From NCBI GenBank assembly GCA_002633005.1, contig NMRA01000088.1, positions 120,186 to 184,185 on the forward strand: a stretch of 64,000 nucleotides of DNA, written 5' to 3'. Positions 15,122-27,380 of the stretch are shown piece by piece. Each line of letters begins with the position of its first letter. Position 1 is the first letter of the stretch. The notes beneath the pieces were generated by a model that saw nothing but the letters and a program-made list of their open reading frames with translations, was not told where the DNA came from and did not search any database. This DNA comes from Phoronis australis. Lineage: Eukaryota > Animalia > Phoronida. The translations under genes and the position numbers were made by a program.

Positions 15122-16877
15122 TAGGGTGAGCAAACCAATATGGCGGAAATTCAGCAAGAGCGAAATTTTGCCATTTTTCATGATTTTCACAAGCTCATAT
15201 CTATTAGCATACTAAGTGGTGGAAAATGAAAAGTATGCCAGTAAAATATTTAATTTTTCTTCTTTCTAATGATATCCATTACAAATAAATTGGACATTAA
15301 TGAGTATTTTTAAAAATTGAAGTAAAGCGAGCACTTCACAAATTTTTCACTCACCGGTAAATTCTTGTGACTTTCAGTAGGGGTCAAACTTTCAGCTGTT
15401 AAATGGCCGTTACTGAACCGATTTTAATGATATTTATATCAAACTGTTTGCTACAAAATTCTGCTTTCAACCCTGAGTGTACACTTTTTATTTTTTTGAC
15501 AAAAATATGAGAAAATGTACTTTTTTTAATTTACTGCCTCGCCACTCTCTCACCTGGAAAAATCCTGAAAGTGTACACTCAATGTCATAATCACTTATCA
15601 TGTCCTAATCCATTCCTGATCAAATTTTTTCACTTCATCTCACCATTTCCATTTAGGAACACTTCTAAAAAGGTAACTTCAGTCATTTTTCAAGAACCAT
15701 GTTGACCTTTCCAGGGTTCAACCTAAACTCGAACCTGATTGGTCAAATGTATTCAACAGAACCAGTCAAAACTTCTCTAAATTACAAAAAGTGGCCCAAA
15801 CCTGGTAAAATATTTTCATTAAAATAATATAGAATAGTTTTAAAATTTAATTTACTTCAATTTTGGGGATAGAGTCATTTTTTCCTATTTTCTTCAAAAA
15901 TATTTTTTGTTACACTTTTACTACCTCGTGGGGGCGCTGTGATCAGTTTCATTTTTAGAAAATTACATATTTCACCAAAATAAATGTTCAGTCAACGCTG
16001 CAGTGCATCAAAACATTTTAGAATACAAATATGCTCTTTTTGGATAGTCACCAACACAACACCTCTCAGTTTCTATATTATTTGATAGGAATGAAATGGA
16101 TTTAAAATTTGTTGAAATTTTAGGGTCCAATTTAATTTTGTTTAATTAAAAATGCATATTATCATTTTTTGTCATTTTGTGTGCAATTTAAGATTGTGAA
16201 AACATTGATCTTACTTGGGAAAAAAGATTAATTTACATAACCTCACAGGTTTTTAAATAAATAACGAAATACTCTGAAAAAGACTAGTTTTCTGGTTTTT
16301 GTTCATTTTGAATTCATTTGTTATGCAAATTTCATTTTTTAGAATTATTTCAAAATCTTTTGGAGCAAAAGAAACATGTTCACTAAACCATAGTAATTCT
16401 TGAAGGGTTTTGTCATTTTCAAGGTAATAAGTTGCTGTCTTTTTAAAACATCACTTGTTCAACTTGGCTTCAGGGGCAAAAATGTCCGGTCACAAGCCGA
16501 AAAAAAACTAAGTCGATGGTGAATTTTTCAATTTTTGTTGTTCTTGTTCGTGCAAAATATAATAATTTGTGGTTTGGTGTCTATGCCATGTTGTTAACCT
16601 ACTTGCAAAGGACTCTCCATCTTGTTTTAAGAGCACTGTGAACTATGGATTCCCAAATATAGTTGTCTAAACTTGCCATTTTCTGTGGCCTGAAATTTCT
16701 GGGTGCCGTTTGCTGAAAAAAAGGCCATTTTTGAGGCTCTAAAATTCAAATAACTCGAGAACCACCGGACCGATTTGAAAAATTCAAAAAGTTTTATAAA
16801 CGGCATGTCTAAAGCTATCATTTAACACTCTTTTCAAGTGTTTCTGATGAAATTTGTATTTGGGTTTGCTCACCCTA
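15122..16877. mobile_element. Non-autonomous DNA transposon, hAT-like (TAGGG termini)
   Basis: TIR tagggtgagcaaacc / ggtttgctcacccta; flanking direct repeat cccgtgg (7 bp; 8 bp if one C was lost); AT-rich interior with no convincing ORF. Confidence 0.75.
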
Positions 16878-17171
16878 CCCGTGGAACCCAATCGTTGCCT
16901 CACTTTACAAGTGTGGACCTACATACAAGTGTCCACTGAAATGACGATCGCATTAATTATTCTGTTTTTTCTAATCAAACAGAAACACCTGTGTTAACCG
17001 TGCACCGCTCAAACAAGAGCCCGGAATTTGTAAACAAATAAATTATTCTTTACAACATCCGTTCCAAGAACTCGGAATCGAGTGAGGCTATGACTCTAGG
17101 AAACGAAAGGCCACCTTCCAAACACATAATTAACACAAACATTAAAAGCAGTCAGCTGACCAACGACATAC

Positions 17172-17470
17172 CTTATACCCTTAGATCACATTCTCTTTCA
17201 CAACAGGAGATCATGTCGAGAGAATTAACTCCGACAGTTGAAGAATTAGTCGCCTCTTCGAAGACAGGATAGCAAATACCACTGACGGCTGAACTCGCGC
17301 ATAGAATATGGCCACTTCGCAGGGGTTCTGACGTTGAACATGGCCGCCACCGCGTGGAGTTGTCAATGGTGATAACGACTGCTCCGACATCTATAGAAAT
17401 AAAATGGTACTAATTTTGTAACCACTTTCGGCGCTAACTTCATCGGCCTCCTGTTGCGGGCTTCTCAGTG
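17172..17470 (-). promoter_or_regulatory. Putative promoter and non-coding first exon of the minus-strand gene
   Basis: Local CpG-rich patch, YY1-like aacatggccgcc at ~17337, strong minus-strand donor AAG|gtatgt at 17172/17171; link to the exon at 409 is inferred. Confidence 0.35.
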
Positions 17471-17853
17471 CCAAGCCGAAGTAGCTGTGTTTCTTGGTTC
17501 GCTTTTTTATAATAAAATGTACGTGGAAGGGAATTTTTGCCAGTTATTCACGGTGATGTGCTTATGATGTTTTACAACGCCTTTTTGGCAGCTCGAGTAA
17601 GACCGTCCTGGCTTCATGGTTAAAGTGATTTTTTTTTATTTCCAATTACCCTAGTCGTCATCTTTTCTTCATATACATATGCACATCAAGATTTTCGTGT
17701 CGTACGCCCAAGGGGTTAGCTCTGAGTGCGTTCTCAAGAATTCCATGTCTAAACTAATGGAAGCCCAAAGAAAATGGCAGACAACCCTCAATGAGTAAGG
17801 CGCAATAGGCGTAAGCCGTTTTACCTGCCCGAGTTTTACTTTAGTGGATTTCT

Positions 17854-17917
17854 GTGTGTGTGTGTGTGTGTGTGCGTGTGCGTGTGCGCGTGCGCGTGTG
17901 CGTGCGTGTGAGTGTGT
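17854..17917 (+). repeat. (TG)n/(CG)n alternating purine-pyrimidine microsatellite
   Basis: gtgtgtgt...gcgtgtgcgtgtgcgcgtgcgcgtgt directly visible. Confidence 0.9.
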
Positions 17918-18243
17918 TTTTTCTCCATTTTTCGTGGCTTTTGAGGTTTTCTTTTTTTCTGCTGAGGCTAAATTCGTATTCTCTAGACATAGTTGCTGAC
18001 TGTTCTTTTATATTGCCTAAGACAGCCAGGCTCAAAAATCGACTTGTTACTGCGGTTTCTTTTAAACCAGCAGAACCATGATCACAAGCAATAGCGAGCT
18101 GTCAGTTTTTTTCCAAGCCCGGACAGTGTCTCTAATTTTAGTGGAAAATACGTTGATACCAATTTTGTAACTGTAAGTGGTTTAAATCAAAAGTTGTATT
18201 TTGACGGAAGGCGAGTTATTGCTATTTCGTTAAAGGTGAAAAT

Positions 18244-21200
18244 GAGTAAATGTCAACAACTACTATTTTTAATGGATAAGCCAAAGTTCACTCGTCATCG
18301 GCTTAAGCAAGGGCAGTAGACAAGTGGGGAAGCAAATAACGATGGTAACGATGGTAACCAGACACACAACATCCAAACGAGTTCAAGTCAAACCAGTGCA
18401 AAACAGTTTTGTAGCACATCGTCTACTCCTAGCGATGCTGAATGGGTCCCCCAGTCCAGTTCGTTCGAATTCTCTATAGCTCATTGGAATATCAATGGGT
18501 GGTCGGTTCACAATAATGCTTTGCGAAAACTAGCAATTTACCAATTTAACTGTGATTTTGTTTCCCTGAAAGAGACACATTTATGCTCTAACGATATCAT
18601 CCAAGTCGAAGGATACCGATTTCGTGGTTGCAACCGTAAAAATTTGCACATTAATGCCCCCAGAAGTTCTGAGGTGTTGGTATGCTTATAAAACACAGTA
18701 TGTTTGATAAATTCGATATAAGTGTTATCAAGAAGAGATATCTCTTCCTGGTGTTATTGATAAGGACTTTGATGGTGGCATTCTAGGGGTAAAGTTTGCA
18801 AGTCTTATGTCTGAGACTTGTTTTGTAATTTATACATGCTACATTCCTCCCGAGGGTTCAAACAGAAGTAAGAACATTGATGACATTTATTCTCATCTCA
18901 CCAACCAATCATACTTTAGTGATGTTGACAGTTTCTTCATTTTGGGGGACTTTAACGCAAGAAAAGGCAACTGAAACTAAATTTTATTCAAGATATTGAC
19001 GAAGGAGGCCCAAGACAAATCATAGATTTTCAGACCAATCGATTTGGTGATGCTTTAACTGACTTTGTGAAAGACTCGAAAATTGGCTATTGTTAATGGC
19101 AGAATTACTCCAGAATTCAACAACTTTGCTTCTGTCTTGGCTAGAGGAAATGCTGTTGTAGATTATGTTTTAATTGACCAAAATAATGTGAAGAATTGTG
19201 TATCGTTTTCTGTTACTAAGACTTCTGATATTATCGATATGTTAGATATCCACGCATTGATTGGGCCAAGATGTAACGTAACAGATCATTCTGTTCTTGT
19301 TCTAAGGTTTAAAATCTCCTCCCCCTGGTATATGTTCATCAGGTATCGACAGACGTTTAGATTCACATACTCTATCGAAAAAACGTAAATATGACACTTC
19401 CAATATCCCTGTAGAATTTAGTAATAATGTGACATTTAATGAAGAAATTTTACGTTTAATTGATTCATTATTGTTATCCTATGAACATCAAAACCAACTT
19501 GATTTAGTGTATCAGTCATTCGTTGACCTATAAATTAATTCGTTGACCTATAAATTAAGGAATTGGATTCCTTGCTGGATTACATGGATTATTATCCAAG
19601 TCGTAAACTAAGAAAGTATTTTAAAAGGAATCAGCCTTATTGGTATTCGGAACTTAACGATTCAGTGAAGAAAATTTTAAAATACATTGAGCAACAACTG
19701 GTCACGTTACAAACAACTATTTATGTCTTCTCGTTATAAATTTGACAAGAAACTAAAATGCGCGAAACGTTCATACGTTCAGATTGAAATTGAGAATGTG
19801 AATACTGAAAATCCTAAAAATTTCTGGGAATATAACAAAAAAACTGGGACCAAAACAGTTTAGCGAAGTTCCTCTGGAAGTCTTGGATTCAAATAATGAA
19901 ATAAACTCCGATAAAAATTTTGTTCTAAATAAATGGAAAAATGATTACGGACAATTATTTAAATGCACTTCTGAAAATACACGATTTGATGGTGAGTTTT
20001 ATTCGAAAATTTTGTACTTGCGCATGCAGCTAGAAAATGATTGTTCTAATATAACTGATCATAGCTTAAATTGTGAAATCTCTATTAATGAGATTAGAAA
20101 TGTTGTTATGAAAAGAAATAACAAAGCCGTCGGCTATGACTGTATACCTTACGAGGTGTTAAGATTCGAAACTATTGTTGTTTTTCTAACCCAATTGTTC
20201 AATGAATCTTTTAAACATGGACTATTGCCGTCGGACTGGTATAAGACATTATAGGATTCTGAAGACCACCCTAGATTACCTTTGAACTACCGTGGGATTA
20301 GTCTTCTTTCAAATACTTATAAAATCTTCAGTGCTGTGTTGAATAGTAGAATTTTGAGTTTCTGTGAATCCTGAAAATGGTGTCCGTCAGGAGAACGTTT
20401 TATCATAGACAGTCTTTGCCTTGTATATAAATGACTTAGCTCTGGTGAAAGTGTCAAATGCGGCCCGAAAATATTTCAGTGCTTCTTTTTGCCGACGATA
20501 TTGCACTTTTGTTTGAAAATGAAAATGAAATGCAAGATATGTTGAAGGTTTTAAACAACTGGTGTAAAAAGTGGAGAATGGTTGTAAACATGGCAAGTTT
20601 GTCCATTTTCGAGCTAAGTCTATGCCTAGAAGCAATTTTGAATTTCGTTTTAACAGTGTTATTAGTTATAAATCATCATACAAATATTTAGGCTGTATTC
20701 TGGATCAACACCTTGATTTCAAAGAAAATTTGAATACGTTATCTGAAGCTTCTGGTAGAGCGTTAGGGAAGATATGCTCAACATTTCGTGGTAACAAGAA
20801 TCTAGGATTCGAAACATTTAAAACATTATTTAATTCGTGTGTTGCATCAATTTTGGATTACGGGTCATCTGTTTGGGGTTACAAAAATTTTGGTAATGAT
20901 GAAAATATTCAAAACAGAGTTATGCGTTTTTATCTAGGGGTCAACCGATTTACAACCACTCATGCTGTTAGCCGGAAATATATTTAAATTGAATATGTTG
21001 GAACAAACTTTTGACCACAGGTGGTGATAGGTTACTAAAGAAGATAAATTATTTCTATGGGACTACTCTGTTGGTAGAAATGGTTGGATAGACGGAATCA
21101 ACCATTTGTTTAACATAACTGGCATGCAATCCTGTTTTCAAAATTTGACTACTTGTAACATAGTAGATGCTAGAAACAAACTATTTGAATACTCGAAACA

Positions 21201-21772
21201 TGTTTGGGCTGAGTCTGTTGTAACAAAACCCAATTTAAGAACCTACATTTTATTTAAGCACGAGTTTTTAACTGTGGAGCTTAATTTATCTCGTTCCAAG
21301 CGATCTCTTCTGGCTCAGTTTGGAGCAGAAAATCTCCCATTGCACTTGGAAACTGGTCGTTATGTAAACACTCCTGTAAGTGAAAGACTTTGCTTGTGTT
21401 GTGATTCTGGTTCTGTAGAGGATGAGCTACCATTTTGTGTTTGATTGTTCTCTTTATAACTCACGGAGGTCTATTCTTTTTAATAACGTTTCACTCCAAG
21501 TCCCGAACTTTTCAGATTTCATAAGGTTAGATACGTTAAAAGTGCTATTGCAGTATTTCCCTAAGCCAAATATATCAAGTCTGCTTTTGTTTGAACTTAG
21601 AAACCGTCGCATTTATGGTAGGCATACGTCTGAGCTGTGTGGTTAAAGTGACTAACAAGCCCAATTGGGCTGGGTACTTATTTTTCTTATGAATGTTATA
21701 CCTATAGCTGTTCGAATTAATTGCACTTGCCGCTATAATAAATAAATACAAAATACAAATACAAAAATACAA
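18244..21772 (+). mobile_element. Decayed non-LTR retrotransposon of the CR1/L2 group (APE endonuclease + reverse transcriptase + C-terminal CCHC-like motif)
   Basis: Motifs across frameshifts and stops: IAHWNING, LKETHL, YIPPEGS, LGDFNAR, VVDYVL, TDHSVL (APE); KAVGYDCIPYEVL, NYRGISLLS, LYINDL, LLFADDIAL, YKYLG (RT); LETGRY..ERLCLCC..VEDE.HF..C..Y; AATAAA then (AAATAC)n tail; candidate 7-bp TSD tgaaaat at 18237-18243 and 21773-21779. Confidence 0.92.
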
Positions 21773-22281
21773 TGAAAATCTACGCTCGCATAGACTGTTT
21801 CAGTTTAAATTCTTGCTCGCTGACTCTTGCTCAAGTGTTTGCCAAAAAGGAGGCACGGATGAAATTGGGAATGTTGGCGCAGCTACATAGATGCGCTGCA
21901 TGGTATATAGCTATATGCATATACGGTGTGACGAATATTGGGAAGGGCAAGAGTGCCAATCTATCAGAACTGACTGGGGCAGGAGATGAGAAGCTCCCGC
22001 GGAAACTCTACGCCACAAGACGTCTTTCAGGGGAGACTCAAATACGGAACTTGCCGGCAAAGGGGTGTGCTTTTTAAACAGTACATACCATGGATTTTTG
22101 CACATTTTGAATTACCGGTGGCCACAGACTAAATGTATGACGTAAAATTTAGCTAAACCCATGTTTATTTTGTGTAATTAGCTCAAAATTTTGATTTTTC
22201 TTTCAATTTTGCCAATTTTCACATTTCCCGCCATGTGACGTCATGGGTTGAACACAGGAGATCAGTGACTAGCATTGAACA

Positions 22282-22530
22282 ATGGCGGAGACCAGGGAAT
22301 TTGAAAGTGACCACGATTATGAGCAAGAATTGAACGAATACTATGAAGAAACGTATGAGAATGGTGGCCAGGATGAGGAAATGGGGTTGCACGAAAGCGA
22401 GAACAAGTTTAATGTGCTTCCGGCTGCGTACTTTTCTACTTTGAGCCTTGTAAACTGGATCCTCCCGCGAGAGAAGCGGTCTCGGGCTCGGCGAGTCAAC
22501 CCAGTCATCCAACAGACGATCCTGAATTAA
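22282..22530 (+). pseudogene. Acidic N-terminal stub of a transposon accessory ORF (KolX-like)
   Basis: MAETREFESDHDYEQELNEYYEE..., with a frameshifted YFEP motif at ~22437; lies inside the TTAA-flanked element. Confidence 0.4.
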
Positions 22531-22579
22531 GAGCTGATGTTTCTGAATGATAAATATTGTCCTTTATTGAACCAGGCCT

Positions 22580-22810
22580 TCATCGTCTCCTGTGACTGGA
22601 GTCGAAACACGAGTCCTCGAAGTGGGCAGAACACAGAGTGGCCCCGGACCGAATCGCTTGGTCCACGATGACTTCCCACTCTCTCGTTCGGCGCACGAAG
22701 TCATGCCACTTCTGCGCAACTTTGGTGTCCTTTGGAACACCGAGACGTTTTCCGCCTGGCTGCTGTTGCTGCAGCCTCCGAAACACATCTTTTGATCCCT
22801 CTACGAACCT
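22580..22810 (-). pseudogene. THAP (C2CH) zinc-finger relic of a transposase
   Basis: C..GCSNS, then after a frameshift PKD....KW..FVRRTR.W...LCSAHFEDSCF, the THAP signature. Confidence 0.85.
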
Positions 22811-23159
22811 TCTCGACACTTTGTCTCTGATCCGAACGGTATGGCAAACGACTTGGGTTCAACCCATGACGTTGTACATAATTATTATTTTTTTCAATTT
22901 TTGCGTGTTTCTTTATGAGCTGTGCACTAAAGGCACTGAAATCAAGTAAGATATAATAATAAAATTTATTTTGAGGTACTAGAGTCATGTTGTGTACACT
23001 TTAATTGTGACCAGGTTCCCTAGTATGTGCCTTTTCCGATTCAATTTCCAGAGAAAGGGTGTTCTAAAAGAAATAGCAATTCACAATAGAAAAAACATTT
23101 ACCACTAGATGTTATACTCAAAAGCAATGAACGGAGAACTCTCAAGAAGTAGGGTCCCA

Positions 23160-24004
23160 GACGTTGCTCACGGTACGACGTAGCACACAGGCGGGCCCCA
23201 GCCAAGCTGCCGAAGGCAGCGCGCACGGCACGGCACGACGCGGCCGGGCTCCAGCGCAAGTCGCCGAGGGCAGCGCGCCGGGCACGGCACGACGCGGCCG
23301 CCGGGGCCCCAGCCAAGCTGCCAGAAGTCAGCGCGGTGGCCGGACGCAACAGGTAGGCGGGCCTCAGCCAAGCTGCCGAAGGCTGCGTAGGCGCGGGCGA
23401 ACGTAGCTAGCAGGTGGGCGGGCCTGGCACTGAACCCAAACTGCCGAAGGCAGCCAGTGCAGGCACTTCCCCGCCGACTGACGTACGTAGCAGGTGGGCG
23501 GACCTCAGCAAAGCTGCCGAAGGCTGCGCAGGCACCGACGGCCGGACGTAGCAGGTAGGCGGGCCTCAGCCAATCGGCAATGGTCTGATAACGTGCCCGA
23601 ATTTTGCGAACCAGTTTTCTGCATTACTGAAATGACGGCCATCAATCTCATGTGGTTCTTGCTCAAAATGCGGGCACGTTATATCAGACTATTGCCCAGC
23701 CAATCTGCCGAAGTCAGCGCAGGCACGGCCCGACCGATTCAGGTAGGCGGGCCTCGTAGCACTGAGATAGGCGGGCCCCAGTCAAGCCGCTGCCGAAGGC
23801 GCCGCACGGACACAGCGCAACGTAGCAGGTGGGCGGCCCGGCAGCCAAGCTGCCGAAGTCAGCGCACGCACTCCCCGACGTAGCAGCTAGGAGGGCGGGG
23901 TCTCAGCCAAGCCTCCGAAGGCTACGCAGGGACGGCCAGACGTAGCAAGTGGGCGGGTCTCAGGCAAGCTGCCGAAGGCCTCGCGGGCACGGTCCGACGT
24001 AGCA
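23160..24004 (+). repeat. GC-rich ~55-60-bp minisatellite
   Basis: Recurring unit gtagcaggtgggcgggcctcagccaagctgccgaaggc..., about a dozen diverged copies. Confidence 0.85.
23576..23696. mobile_element. Mutator-like MITE inserted in the minisatellite
   Basis: GGCAAT...ATTGCC TIRs; perfect 9-bp TSD cagccaatc (23567-23575 and 23697-23705). Confidence 0.85.
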
Positions 24005-25139
24005 CTGTTGACATTTAGTTAGAACTGGATTAGATTATAGTGGAAAAAAACAAATATTTTATTAGCCTTGTCAAATTACGACATTGTGTAGTTTAATTTG
24101 AAAAATACTGTATGCTAACCTTTGTAGGCTGCCTTTACACAGTATGTTTTATGTTGTATTGTAATTTGGTGGTATGTTGGAAAAATAAAAACTTAGATTT
24201 GTCCATGCAGATATTGTTAAAGCAAAGTCACATTCTTATTTTTAAATATCTTTAAAAACTATCCGTCATTTTCGTTGTAACATACATCATCTCCAGAGAC
24301 TCCGGTCCACAAGCACTAACATGGATAACATGTTTTCTGTGACCCCCTGAGCTTTCCAAAAAGAATGGGCCCAACTCGAGGATTTCATTTTTGTCTATGA
24401 AAGTGTTTCATTAAAGGTATTAACATTTTTATAAAATTGAAAATGTGAATCCCCATACTGTTTTAAGTACTGGTTAAATTTGGAATTATGTAGAAGACGA
24501 TTGCTAATGTGTTAGAGTAGTCTCAAGAACAGGAATTGCGTTTACAGTTTATTGTACAATCTGCGAGAGAAAGCTTGCTTGAACACTTATTTTTTGTAAA
24601 ATGAAAAGACATTGATTCCAAGTTTGCTTATTAAAGGGAACAGTATTTTGTTCTGAATCAATTTGGCATACAGCTTTGTACCAAGGCAAGGGCAACGGAT
24701 GGTATCCTATGTCCGCCCTCTTAGACGACACCTTTTTCGCAGAGTTTGAACAACTAGGTGGCATATTAAAAGGCATAGAGAACTTTTTACTACACTGGCA
24801 AACAGTAAATACGCGATGTAAACTGTATCCACGCAATGCCGCAATATGGAGCAGAAATATGTGATAAACAGTCGATGCCCTATGAACCACTGACATATCA
24901 GCCAATCAGAGATTGCTGTCAGCATTAGTGTTTTTACAATCAAATGTGAATCAGCTTTTGTTTGGAGCGCAGCTCGGGCAAATGTGAGTTTTATTTGTAT
25001 GTTAGAACCGGTTTATTGCTGCATTATTTTTACTACAGTCATCTTTTAAACTTGGCATCGGGTAAAAATTAATCACCGATAATTTACAGAGACAGAAAAA
25101 TTTTTTAATAATGTCTTGTAATCTTTCAGAGAATGCTTA

Positions 25140-26330
25140 CTTCACTACATAGGGTTTGTAAAGCGAACTTAGAATGGCCTGCTTAAACGTGGAATTCGAA
25201 AGAAAATAATTGTTAACGTGTTCAATAAAGTCACAAGATAAGAAAAATGTTGTTCTTACAAGATATTGTAACCATCCAGAGAATGTTTGGTTCACCATGT
25301 GACTTTGTAAAGCTAACATACAATCATTCCAAGTTTAAGCAAGGGCGTGGCTTGCTTAAACTTGGAATTGGGTAAAAAAACAATTGCGAATGCATTCAGA
25401 GGTGTTCCAAACGTAATAGAAAATGCATTTATGACATAGTGTAACCGGTTAGAGAATATTTGCTACACCACACGATTTTTTGTAAAGAAGAAATTGAATT
25501 ATTCCAAGTTTAAGCAAGGGTGTGGCTTGCTTAAACTTGGAATTGGGTGCAAAAATACGAAATGCATTCAGGGGTGTTTCAAAAGTAATATAAAATGCAT
25601 TTACAATGTATTGCAACCAGTGAAAGAATGTTTGTTTAACCACGTAATTTTTTATATGGCAGAAACTGGATTGTTTCAAGTTTAAGCGAGCCACGCCCTT
25701 GCTTAAAATTGGAATTGGGGAGAAAACAAATGCAAATGCAATCATAGGTGTTTCGAAAGTAATAGAAAATGCATTTACATTGTATTGCAATCATTAAGAG
25801 GAGGTTTGGTTCACATCGCAAATTTTTAGAGAAGAAATTGAATTATTCCAAGTTTAAGTAACCAGTGTGGCTTGCTTATACTTGGAATTAGGAAGTAAAA
25901 ACTGCGAATGCGTCAGAAGTGCTCTCTCTAAAAGTAATATAAAAAAACATTTAAACTGTATTGCAACCAGTAAGAGAATGTTTGGTGAGTTTTTGTAAAG
26001 CAGAAATTGAATTATTCCGAGTTTAAGCGAGCCACGCCCTTGCTTAAACTTGGAGTTGGATAGAAAAAACTGCGAATGTGCTCATAAGTGTTCCAAAATT
26101 AATAGAAAATATATTTAAAATGTCTTGCAATCAGTTACCGAATGTTTGGTTTACCATGTGATCTTTTGTAAAGCAGAAATTGAATTATTCCAAGTTAAAG
26201 CAAGGGCGTATCTTGCTTAAACTTGGAATTCACGGGGTAGAATAAACTCGTCCAGAAGTCTTCCGAAATTAATAGAAAATGCATATAAAATGTATTGCAA
26301 CCAGTCAGTGAATGTTTAATTCACCTTTTG
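25140..26330 (+). repeat. ~172-bp tandem satellite, 6 clear units plus 1 degenerate, each with an 18-bp-arm palindrome
   Basis: attccaagtttaagcaag-N7-cttgcttaaacttggaat or variants at 25326, 25501, 25673, 25845, 26014 and 26187. Confidence 0.9.
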
Positions 26331-26639
26331 ATCAAACATCAACCAGGCACTAATTTGAAACATCCAGCTTTATTTTTATATTGGGATAGGCAGCAACACA
26401 GGAATAATACGACTCAAATGGCCACGGTATCCGTAGGGCTATGACCTTGAATGTCCGGTGCATTACTGAGGGACATGTAATCACAATACAGTCCTTAAAT
26501 GATTTTTTATTCCAGTCCCTCGGTACTAACCAGTATTCATGAACAGGCCACGGGAGCTTTATCTCGATTTTTTAGAAATGTTTTCTATCCGTAGCCTACC
26601 GGTTCAGTTACGATTTCAGCCCAAGCGCCTTGTTCTGTG

Positions 26640-26950
26640 ATTGTGTGCCAGGCAGCCAAGAACACGCAAGATTCCAAGTTCACGTACGGGGTTTGGCAGT
26701 TTGCTTAATCTCAAGATCACTTGCATGATCTTGGAATTCCAAGTTCACGCAACACTCACTTTCGCTTATTCTGGAGATTAATCAGGATTCCAAGTTCACG
26801 TACAACATTTTGTTGTCAAATTCCCGTCAGGTGTCGCTGTTTTAATTGAAAGTTGCCGCCATTGTTGCGAGTCTTTGTCGAGAAGACATTCAAAAATCAA
26901 GACAAAAATGATCCAGTTTAGGAAATAACTAGTCGCGATTTCGTAATCAG
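26640..26950 (+). promoter_or_regulatory. Putative promoter and non-coding first exon of the zinc-finger gene
   Basis: attccaagttcacg three times, YY1-like gccgccatt at 26855, strong donor CAG|gtaggt at 26950/26951; splice to 37337 is inferred. Confidence 0.4.
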
Positions 26951-27380
26951 GTAGGTATTTGAAGAGCTACGAACGCTCTTGATTGTATAATTAGTCGATC
27001 AAATTTTCGAATTGATTAATTCAGCCGAAATGTAGATGTTTTTGTTTTGCTGATGATTTTGGTTTGGAGACTCTTTCTGAACAAAACGGCTTAAATTTAC
27101 ATAGGCAATTACATAGGCAATTACATCGCCCAGGCTGAATGCCGCAGGCTCTCAGGGGCGATAGTACATCCCCATAAAAAATTACTCATTTCAAAGTACA
27201 GCAAATAAAATCGAATGAAACGTGCATGTATGCACATGGAGTTACAATTATCATATATCATGATCGACTCTGGATACAATTTAGTTAACATAATTTGAAC
27301 ATATCCATGAAAATCTGTCGCGGTTCGCTCTAGTTTCTCTCACCGGGTACCATTTTGAGGAAGCTATGTGAAATAACGGT

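Larger units (their letters stand above)
22078..23000. mobile_element. Internally deleted Kolobok-like DNA transposon
   Basis: TTAA at 22074-22077 and 23001-23004; imperfect TIRs acagtacataccatg / catgttgtgtacact; convergent ORF stubs (acidic ORF on +, THAP on -). Confidence 0.6.

Noticed and set aside
23041-23883. Arg/Ala-rich ORFs of 67-129 aa
   Set aside because: They arise from a GC-rich minisatellite that lacks stop codons.
25140-26330. CRISPR-like appearance of regularly spaced palindromes
   Set aside because: The intervening ~130-bp segments are homologous to each other rather than unique, the context is eukaryotic, and there are no cas genes.
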